DNA of 32,646 bases from Patellaria atrata CBS 101060. Its lineage: Eukaryota. Positions 1 through 9,090 of the stretch are shown here, in pieces (position 1 is the stretch's first letter; each line of letters starts with the position of its first letter). The position numbers and the translations under genes are program-made. The stretch covers positions 297,558 through 330,203 of the forward strand of contig MU006096.1 in assembly GCA_010093705.1 (NCBI GenBank), read 5' to 3'. The notes beneath the pieces are model-generated. The model did not search any database. It was not told the origin of the DNA and saw nothing but the letters and a program-made list of their open reading frames with translations.

Positions 1-918
1 ACCGCTCTCCAGAAAAATGGAAGTCTCAAGAAAGTAAAGCGCGTCATCCTTATTACGGGTTGTAAACAATACGGCGTCCACCTTGGTGCTGCAAAGAACC
101 CCATGGTTGAATCAGATCCCTGGCTTACGGGCGCCGACCGTCCACCAAACTTCTATTACCGTCAACAAGATATCCTCAAGCAATTCCAGGGTAAGGAGGG
201 TACAGGGAGCTGGGACTGGGTAGTAACATATCCGAATGATGTTATCGGGTATGCAGAGGGCAACTTCATGAATTTGGCGACTAGCGTGGGATTGTATGCT
301 GCAGTGTCGAAGGAGCTTGGAAATGAGCTTGTCTGGCCAGGTAGCGAAGAATTCTATACGAAGTTCGATAGTTTCACATCTGCTAAACTACACGCACAAT
401 TTGTCGTCTGGGCCGCGCTGGAACCACGTGCGGGCAACCAAGCCTTCAACGTCGTGAACGGGGATGCTGAGAGCTGGCAGAACCTGTGGCCGAAAATGGC
501 AGAGAGATATGGTCTCCAGGTACCTTCAGATCAGCTCACTAGAGACACACCAGATAAGAGCGTAATGGACTTGGCGGAGCGACCACCGATTCAAGATCTG
601 GAGGACCACCTAGGCATTAAGGGAAAGATTCCAAAGAGTAAAGTTGAGCAGCGAATCGATCTCATGAAGTGGAGTCAGAAGCCTGAAGTCAAAGACGGTT
701 GGCAGAAGCTTGCATATAAAGAGGGTCTACAAGAAGACGCCTTCGAAAAGGCGACATGGGGCTTCTTAGGCTTTGTCTTGGGGAGGAACTATGATCTAGT
801 GGTTAGTATGAGCAAAGCGAGAAGATTGGGTTGGACGGGTTATGCGGATACCTGGGACTCGTTGAGCGATGTGTTTGATGAGTTAGAGAAGGCGAAGATA
901 CTGCCAAAGCGGACATAG
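1..918 (+). CDS. PRISE/progesterone 5-beta-reductase-like atypical SDR (NAD(P)-dependent epimerase/dehydratase fold), 5'-truncated by the window edge
   Basis: Frame is open from base 1 (TALQKNGSLKKVKRVILITGCKQYGVHLG...). TGxKxY, PNFYY-QQD and NQAFNVVNGD motifs plus C-terminal SMSKARRLGW match the PRISE family. Stop TAG at 916-918. Confidence 0.85.
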   Translation, partial: TALQKNGSLKKVKRVILITGCKQYGVHLGAAKNPMVESDPWLTGADRPPNFYYRQQDILKQFQGKEGTGSWDWVVTYPNDVIGYAEGNFMNLATSVGLYAAVSKELGNELVWPGSEEFYTKFDSFTSAKLHAQFVVWAALEPRAGNQAFNVVNGDAESWQNLWPKMAERYGLQVPSDQLTRDTPDKSVMDLAERPPIQDLEDHLGIKGKIPKSKVEQRIDLMKWSQKPEVKDGWQKLAYKEGLQEDAFEKATWGFLGFVLGRNYDLVVSMSKARRLGWTGYADTWDSLSDVFDELEKAKILPKRT

Positions 919-2189
919 CTTCTGGCGGAAAAATAATTTTTGTACAAAAGATAGTGGGTTATGAGAAACATGAATTCATAATTGGATGTATTTAAGAGGG
1001 TATCACTTTGAAACTTTAGCAGAATCAAAGCTATGTAAGTACTTAATGTGGATGACTTCGTGAACGATATAGTTCGACAGTGTTGGCACATAGTATGCAA
1101 TGTACTTTGTACAATTCCTCGTGCAACAGATCTCCGACTTAGCCGTACTAACCGTCGAAGCTTCCGGAAAAGAAGATTTTCACAGTGCGTTAGGATATGT
1201 ACATCAAGCTTACAGCAACTGGAAACCACCTGTACTAATATAGTAGGCGGTAACCTATCCTCAACCATCGGGGCGACCTCGTAGAGTATCAAAGTTTGAG
1301 CTGATGGTCGATCAAAGCAATCCATGATAGAAAAGTCTGCGCAAAGGGTTCGACATTTTGAGGTGTGTGTTCGCCATCACTTCATCGCCGCTTAAACTCC
1401 GACTGCCCCTTCGCTCCTCTAGAAGGCAGTGTGGCCCATCTTCTTCTGTGCGGTATCACTAAGGATATCCTCTCATAGGTACAAATATCTCAAACCACAG
1501 CGATTACGCGGTAGTATCACCCAATAAACTCGCTGAGCAAAATATGAAGGTAAATTGTTCCAACATGCGATAAGGTTATTTGAGATACGAGAAAACGTCT
1601 TATGTAGCATATAGCGTTATTGCTGGTAAACCTTAGCTGGTGAAACAATGGAAATGTGATTTTGAAGGCCGCAGCATTGCATGACTCGAACCCATTGACC
1701 AAGCGGACAACCAGTTCAGTGAGTGGACGAACGACGCACTAATACTCAAAGTAATTATGAGAAGGTTCCTTGGAAATGCTCAGCGCAGTAAAGTAACCGC
1801 GTGGCGTGGATGGATACCATTCAAAGTATGAAGCGACCGAATCCGAACTCGCTCCTAACCTTGGAAAAGACGACCAGTTCTGATGGTCCATGACCGCTTC
1901 TGATCTCTTCGCGACGCAGTTGTTAGTATCCGAAACCGAACCAAAGAGATATCCCTTTGTTACTGGATGAGCATGTACTTTCCTCCTATGTATGTTCTGC
2001 ATGTTGTTACAGAGGTTATACTGGAAGTTTGGACAGAGGGTAACTCGATGTTCGACTTGGCCATACCATGTAGCGGTGACTAGTCCATGGACTCCGTACT
2101 GATTTCCATATTCGGGAGAATTCCGCCAAGGTCTACCGATACAGTTCGGTTTCAGTATCGCTGATATCTGCTATTGAGCCGAAATTCAG

Positions 2190-3485
2190 TCACTCCGCAT
2201 TACTCTCTCGTCTCCAAAATCTGAAAATGCCCCTTTTCTTCGCTTCCTTCGTTACATTATTGGTGGTCCCTGCCAGAGGCCAACCCCGTTCTAATGCCTC
2301 CTTGTTTAACCTCTCAGATTCCTCATAATCGTAGGGCGTTGTCCATTTGCGCATTGGTATCTCGCCTAACTTTGTGCTGTCCGAGGCGAAGGTCATCATG
2401 GAGAATGTGGGCTTGTCCTGTCTGCGAGGGACAGCTACCGGACCCGGTACTACTGGAGTCGATTTAGGCGGTGGGGGTTGCACCTTTTCTGGTGAGTGGG
2501 GTTTCGGAGGTTGAATTGTTATTACCGCAGGAGAGGTATGTGAGCGGTGGTGAGAAGATGGTCTATCCTTGGAGACCATGATTAGGGATTGGGGGAAATG
2601 TGGTGATGGGTATGGAGGACTATGAGCCTGAAAAGGAAAAGACTTTGCCGCATCAGGAAATGCCATTGGCGAATTTAGTGGAGTCGTAACGGCTGTAGAA
2701 GCAGGGGAAGCTTCAGTAGACGTGCTCGCACTTGTAGAAGAGCTAGTTCTCCGTGCTCGAGGGCGGACCATAACAAGTTGATTTGTGGATGACCCTTTCG
2801 CTGGGAATTTTGTGATTATTGCAGTCTTGCTATCACTAGGAGACGGCTTTTCAGAAGTGCGCTTTCTCCTATGTTTGTAAGCGATTTCTAAATCGGGACC
2901 ACGGTGACCATGCCTTGTCGCAGCTCCATGACTATGGCTTAGGTGTAGTTGATACAAGTTGACTTTGCTTTGCGACACGCGTTTATACAGTTGTTCTAAT
3001 GAACTCAGTGCTTCCACTCTGGATATGTCCGATAGACTCGTGAGGGACTTGTAGTCGAGGTCAACGTCGTGACGGCTATGGCCTAGAAAAGACGCGATAA
3101 TGCTCACTAGACCGGTATTGAGCTTGAGTAAAGTTTCTGCGAGTGAGGATTGAGCAATTGCTATGATGGTCTTGATCAGCCTTGGATGTACGTAGTGGGT
3201 GTAGCACACGCATCTAATCTCACCGTCTCCACGCATGTAAGATTCGCCAGCGCCATGCACACCTTTCTCATATGCTCTCTGTATGTCCGTAGGCCCCTTT
3301 CTGAGACTGTTGCTTAAACTCAATTCATCCCTGCTATTCTCGTCTACCCTCGTATGGTGATAGGTAGAATTATGTTTGCTCTTCTTCTTGCGCCTTCTTT
3401 CTCGCAGCTTCTTGAATACGTCTAATCCATTGACGAAAGCTGCTATTATCGAAGATACTGATCGATGCACTTCTGCCTCTGCCAT
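2190..3485 (-). CDS. Hypothetical protein (helical N-terminal half, Ser/Pro-rich C-terminal half); exons 3485-3224 and 3160-2190
   Basis: 431-codon ORF containing a likely 63-nt in-frame intron at 3223-3161 (GTGAGA...GCTGAT...TAG). Splicing gives ...YMRGDAIAQSSLAETLLKLN. Function not recognisable. Confidence 0.75.
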   Translation of the reverse strand: MAEAEVHRSVSSIIAAFVNGLDVFKKLRERRRKKKSKHNSTYHHTRVDENSRDELSLSNSLRKGPTDIQRAYEKGVHGAGESYMRGDGEIRCVCYTHYVHPRLIKTIIAIAQSSLAETLLKLNTGLVSIIASFLGHSRHDVDLDYKSLTSLSDISRVEALSSLEQLYKRVSQSKVNLYQLHLSHSHGAATRHGHRGPDLEIAYKHRRKRTSEKPSPSDSKTAIITKFPAKGSSTNQLVMVRPRARRTSSSTSASTSTEASPASTAVTTPLNSPMAFPDAAKSFPFQAHSPPYPSPHFPQSLIMVSKDRPSSHHRSHTSPAVITIQPPKPHSPEKVQPPPPKSTPVVPGPVAVPRRQDKPTFSMMTFASDSTKLGEIPMRKWTTPYDYEESERLNKEALERGWPLAGTTNNVTKEAKKRGIFRFWRRESNAE

Positions 3486-4684
3486 TGTTACAATAACGAT
3501 TGCTGAAGAGGATCATCGACCCCGCGCTGCGAGGGGAAAGAGTGTCTTCTTATCGGAATTGACCAGAACGAGTAACAACGCGCTGCTGTATTCGCGGGTT
3601 CTGTATGGTTCGTCGGATCCTGCATTGGTAAGGATGTGCGGCGAATCCCATCACGGGCGCTTAGGTCTAGGCGTTCGACCGACAACGACAACGACCAAGG
3701 GGATCATCAGCAACGGCCACTCCTCGTGCTCAACGGCTACTCAAAGAATATTCCATTGTTACACATGAAACGGCCCGTGCGAGGGGTATCCGTGGGGGGT
3801 GGTACCGAGGAAGATACGCAGGACAAAATTCTCGGATGGGTTCTCTCTCGCTCAATAAACATTCGGTCCTCTCGAACCGGGGGTCACGGCGGAGGTAGGG
3901 GGTTCTATTTGTTTTCTCTTCGCATTAGTCCAGTTCTCTTTTGAATCCGTATAGCGTCACGACAATACTTACATGTATAGAACCATAAAATTCACGGTTG
4001 ATGGCGCATTCTCGCTTTCTTCGGGTATCGTATTTCAGATTTCCATTTCGAGTACTAGACGTTAAGAATTGTAAAGAAATGTTGCTTTATGGGGTAAGGC
4101 CATCAACGGGAAGGATGCAGTACCTGGATAGCCCTCCCGCTGGTGGCCCTGTAAGCGTAGAACTACCAGGTATCCGCGAACTACACAAAGCAAACACCCA
4201 ACCCGCCCTACATCAACTCCATGAACTACATCATTCTCAGCTTTGATTAATGCTGTACTACCGTAAAATATCAGCTCTATGTCGTTAGGACGTAGTCATA
4301 GGCCTAGCAGCGAATCTGACTAGTCCGAGGCCTTGGTCCGATATCTTGGGCCAAGGGTTATCATCTCTCAGCTACCCAAAGTTATTACTGAGGACGAGGA
4401 CTTTGAGACGGTAAAAATGGCAACTTCGATATCGCTCTATAGTTCTTTATGGCTCATGCTCAACCGTATACGCCATCTCAACCCGGTCCATATAAGTGGA
4501 GAGGACCCGTAACGTCAGCATTTCAGGCTTTTCAGGCTTCTCCGCCTTCGGATGTAAAAAAGGGTCTCTGTGCAAATCTATGTCGAAATGGTATCGAATT
4601 GAGCCAGATAAGGTAGGTAACGGTGTAGGTAAGGTATGCAATGGTTGACGGGAGGGTGCTATTGCGCAATGGCCCTTCATTTAT

Positions 4685-4690
4685 TATAAA
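4685..4690 (+). promoter_or_regulatory. Probable TATA box of the MFS transporter gene
   Basis: TATAAA about 100 nt upstream of the ATG at 4790, followed by a pyrimidine-rich leader. Confidence 0.45.
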
Positions 4691-4789
4691 TCTAAGCCCT
4701 TTCAATTTTCACCATGAAGTGTCATTCCTTTCTCAAACATTCTATTTAGCTTTTCTAATTCTACCTTCCTAATTCATCTCAATTCCGCC

Positions 4790-6718
4790 ATGGTTCCAGA
4801 AGGATCTGAAGTGATTGAGCTCACTAGCCCCGCTACTACTACCACAGCTACTTCTGGAGAGGGACAATGGGATAGTGAAAGTCAAGAACATGATGGTTGT
4901 ACTCTACCACCAGCAGACAGAGGCTTACAAGCATGGCTTTTCCTTCTCTCCGCATTTATGATTGAGGGCACTGTATGGGGTACGTCAGATGTCATTCTTC
5001 TCCTCGCATTCGTCTCGATTATAGTGTTGTGCTACAGCGTTTCTTCCCTCAACAAGGACAATCAGTTCAAATTGTCTAACCTAACCTCGATTTTAAGGCT
5101 TTCCCTTTGCATTTGGAGTCTTCCAGAATTACTATTCGACTCATGAACCCTTTTCCAAGGATTCATCTGGTATTGCCGCGATTGGCACTACAGCTACCGT
5201 ACGAGATTCAAACTTCCCCATACAGTTTCTCGTATATACTAGCACTAACATGACGAAGGGTGTAATGTACCTTGGCGCTCCGCTTGTTCAGTTTTTCTAC
5301 TCCTCTTTTCCAGGTTATCAACGCGTTGTCAACATCTCGGGACTTGTTCTCATCGAAATATCCCTTGTCGCTGCGTCATTCGCCAACAACACCTGGCAGT
5401 TGTTAGTAACACAAGGCATCCTGTATGCGATTGGTGGGATGTTCCTCTACTACCTCGCCATCATGTACCTCGATCAATGGTTCATCCAGCGTCAAGGCCT
5501 CGCCTTTGGTATTATGTGGGGCGGTGGAGGAGCGGCGGGGGTTATTATCCCAATTCTGCTTGAGTGGTTGTTGAGTCAGTATGGGTTCAGAACTACATTA
5601 AGGGTTTGGGCCATCGTCATGGTAAGACTTAAGGTCCCCGCTTCCTTAATCTTTTACCAAAATCGAAATTATCTTTTTCTTGGCTGTAATTATGCGACTT
5701 TTCGCTACAAGACTGACGTAACTTTGCTCTCCTGGAATTTTACATCGGCCCTACTTACGAACTGTAAGAGGCTACTAGTTTTCCGTTCCTTCCCTCGGCG
5801 CATATCAACTATCTATGTAGATCTACTCTGTATTTGTTTTCTTTACATCAACCCTTCTTCTATATACTCCTTTTCTTCCATCTATTTCCTTACTTCTATC
5901 GACTCTTGTTCCATCATCTCCTTCCTCTCTTCCTACTCCCCGTCTCCCAACCTTAACCTTCTCCTCCACTCCAGTCACAGCCCGGGCTTGATCCTCCATC
6001 CCCAATCTAACATTCCCAACAGTTCTTCCTCGCCACTCCCTCCGTCTACTTCCTCCGCCCCCGCCTCCCAATCCAACACTCCCGCCACGGCATCCGCCGT
6101 GTCGACCTCACCTTCACCAAATCCAGCACCTTCCTGATCCTGCAAGCCGGCACCATAATTCAAGGCGTCGGCTACTTCATCCCCTCCTACTGGCTCCCGA
6201 CCTACAGCCGCGCGATCGGGCTCTCCCACCTCTCCGGCACCGCAACCGTGGCCCTCTTCAACTTCGCCTCCGTCATCGGTGCCGTCTCCATCGGCGCCCT
6301 GTGCGACCACTTCCACGTCACCACCGCCATTTTGATCTCTACTGTCGGCGCCACCATAAGCCTGTTCGTGGGGTGGGGGCTCGCGGTTAGTCTTGCGCCC
6401 GTGCTCGTGTTTGCCCTTTTCTATGGCATTTTTGGAGGCGGGTTTAGTGCTACGTGGCCTGGGTGCGCGACGAGCGTGAAGACGAAGTATAGAGGTGCCG
6501 AGACGGGGATGGTGATTAGTATGCTAGCTGCTGGGAAGGGAATCGGAGCCGTTGCGAGCGGGCCGTTGAGCGAGAAGTTGCTCGAGGTGGATAGTTGGAG
6601 GGGCAAGTTGGATGGGGCGTATGGGACCGGGTATGGGCTTTTGGTGTTAGTGAGTGGGATCAGTATGGTGTTGGGGGGTGTGGGATGGGCGGGACGACGG
6701 TTTGGGTGGGTGTTGTAA
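4790..6718 (+). CDS. MFS monocarboxylate transporter (MCT/MCH-like); exons 4790-4979, 5098-5198, 5259-5621, 6023-6718
   Basis: Spliced protein contains LPPADRGLQAWLFL, WGFPFAFGVFQNYY, YLDQWFIQRQGLAFGIMW and GYFIPSYWLPTYS, typical of fungal MCT-like MFS proteins. Three GT-AG introns with CTAAC branch sites restore one frame. Confidence 0.9.
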
Positions 6719-8178
6719 TGGATGAGAAAGGTGTCGTATGAGGGATAATGGAATTAAGGGAGTACATGGTGTTTGAGGGAGCGGGGAGCAAGGTCTCCGC
6801 ACCCGTGGTTTATGAGGGTAAGGTAAGTTACGAATCTGATACACGATTTTTTTAATATAATCTCCCATAGTATATAGAAGTAATGTCTTTCGCTATTTGA
6901 GCCTCGTGTCTTTGGAAAACATGTCCATCTCCTCAACGACTGTACAGGAATATTATTTACGATAGGTCTATGTTGTCTATTCGCTCATTTATGACAGTCC
7001 ATATTCCTTGGTTACTGTACACGCAATAAAGGCAGGATGAGCATTGCTGAATCGGACTACTTACTGGATCTTACGTCTGTGTATAGCTTTGAGTAGAAGT
7101 CTGCTTGCGGTGAGCGTACAGTGAGCCAAGAATACGGTGACGGTGAAGAGGAACTGAGAAGGGTGATGGTGGATCCTTGGACCCCGCGATGAAAACCCTG
7201 CAGGTGTTTGTAACCTCATGTCTTGCCTCCTACCCATAGCCCAGGTACGTTAAGGTAGGAGAGACTGGTTGTTCTGTTTCGAATTTCGAACGAGGAGGAA
7301 TGAGTGAAATTTTCAAAATGAAAATATACGTTACTCAAAACTTGATCGATTTAGGATTTCCATCTTCTCTTCGGCTTGAAGGGACGAAGGTGAATGAAAC
7401 GCGGTGAATTCATTCCATGTCAAACAAGCGCGATCTGGGGAGTTGTACAGTACAAGTACCGTCCGGCATTGCTGATTGTCGCACAATTTCTCAATATTGA
7501 GGATCATCGTGGTTGAAATGTCCAGGGCGATCATGTAGATGAGGGAAAGGTCAGCCATGTGACAATGCTCCTAGCGCCTCTCCACTTGTTCACATCAAAC
7601 CTCAATCTGTTCCTGGAGGTCGTATGAGGCGCGAAACCCAACGATCATTCGACGTAGCGAAAAAGAGTCTAACTTGTATGAAAGAATGCAGGTTACCTTA
7701 TGAAGGAGCCCAGGGAACTGCGCAGGATCTGGAAAGTCTGTCTTGCATAAATGGGTTCCCGGGAGCTGATGTGAGTCGCTGACGACAACGCGTATCGAAA
7801 GGTATCGAACATATTCGGGATGTGGATGCGCCATGAACACATCCCTGAGAGATTCATCTCCAAATTCTCCACGTACCTTGGGTACTGTACCTGTGTTCCT
7901 GCCGGACTAGGTACCGTGTCTATGACTGTTTATCGTGCTTCTGTATGGTTGGTTTGGGACATGTGAGGATAAAGTGGGGAGTGAGATTAGGTGACTCGCA
8001 TTTCAGCCTTTAGGGCATATCTTGGGAAAGAAGACAGATGAAGGTAACGAGAGACTCAAGAACACCCTTTCTGTGCCGTGTAAGATTGGTTTTAAGGACA
8101 AGAGAAATCATCCTTCGAAGGTTTTCATGATTCGATGAGCAAGGCTGGAACAAGGGAGGTTATTTCTTTGGTTTCACG

Positions 8179-8180
<2 letters not shown>

Positions 8181-8209
<29 letters not shown>
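8181..8209. repeat. (GT)14 microsatellite
   Basis: Perfect GT dinucleotide run read directly. Confidence 0.97.
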
Positions 8210-8712
8210 GCTCTCTTCCGCTTGAGTCTCGAGTGTTGAATCTTCCATCGATAACGAGACAATCACCAATAATTCCTTCCGTCCATCATCTCCAGTTGCG
8301 CTTACCGGATAGGGCATTTACGTTTTAACTCGTTAAAAAAGCTTCTTGGGAAGGAAGCATCCGTTCCACCCTATTGCCCATTTTCGTGGTCCAATTAACG
8401 GTACCTGCCTATAAACCGTGAAATGCCTCTTCCGTCATCCCCCTCTTTGCATCTGGAAATCACTTCTTGTTCGTTTCGTGATTCTTCCTTTTCCTCATGA
8501 AAAATTGAGAATTCATCACAATGTTTTGCGTCAAAAGAGCTGAAGTCGTAAAATTCGAAGCGGTGGAGGCGGGCGGCGGTCGGCTCGTTGCTCGCTCGCT
8601 TACCTTATGGAAGTGGTTTGGCTTTGGTGGTCCTTGGTCGCTCATCGTCCCTCTTGCCTGCAACCTGCTTTTGGTTCTGTACGAGAGTGAAAAAGACCAC
8701 AACGAACGCTTG

Positions 8713-9064
8713 GTGAGTCCGACCCCTCCCGTAATTCATCGGCCCTGTCATCTGGCCCGATCTCTCTATAAGATATCTGCCCGATATTGAAACCTTTTTC
8801 TTATCCGACCGGAGTCGCCTGCTTGCATACACACAGATTACCTAGTCCGCATAAACGCGTCTCCTCTTTCCCCCGACCGACAAAGGTCAATTCCCACCCA
8901 CCCCTCCACACGTGTCTCCCGTTGCTTTATTATTTTCTTATCACCTTGTTCACTTTGGACTCGTCTTCTTCCATCAAGATCGCTTATGTCACGATTGCTT
9001 CCATCGCGCTGTTGATGGCTTGTTGACGATGGCTTCGTCGAGACCTCAGCTAACTCCCTCACAG
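8713..9064 (+). other. Putative 5'-UTR intron of the SWI1-like gene
   Basis: Consensus donor GTGAGT at 8713, branch GCTAAC at 9049-9054 and acceptor CAG at 9062-9064, 26 nt upstream of the ATG. Pairing of this donor with this acceptor is inferred. Confidence 0.6.
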
Positions 9065-9090
9065 ATGGACCCTAGCCTCTCTCCGTCGAC

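Noticed and set aside
1675..1750. GGTTCGAG T-loop-like motif on the minus strand (similar motifs near 3870 and 22585-22615)
   Set aside because: No paired T-arm, D-arm or acceptor stem could be built, so not a tRNA.
840..2002. ORFs 840-1325(-), 1048-1284(+), 1517-1702(-) and 1739-2002(-)
   Set aside because: No recognisable motifs or supporting splice structure; they lie between convergent 3' ends, and lengths are compatible with chance.
3376..4680. Several 67-130 aa ORFs in the divergent promoter region
   Set aside because: Antisense or overlapping shadows and UTR sequence with no protein-like features.
5250..6137. 295-aa ORF as a standalone gene
   Set aside because: It is exon 3 of the MFS gene reading through intron 3.
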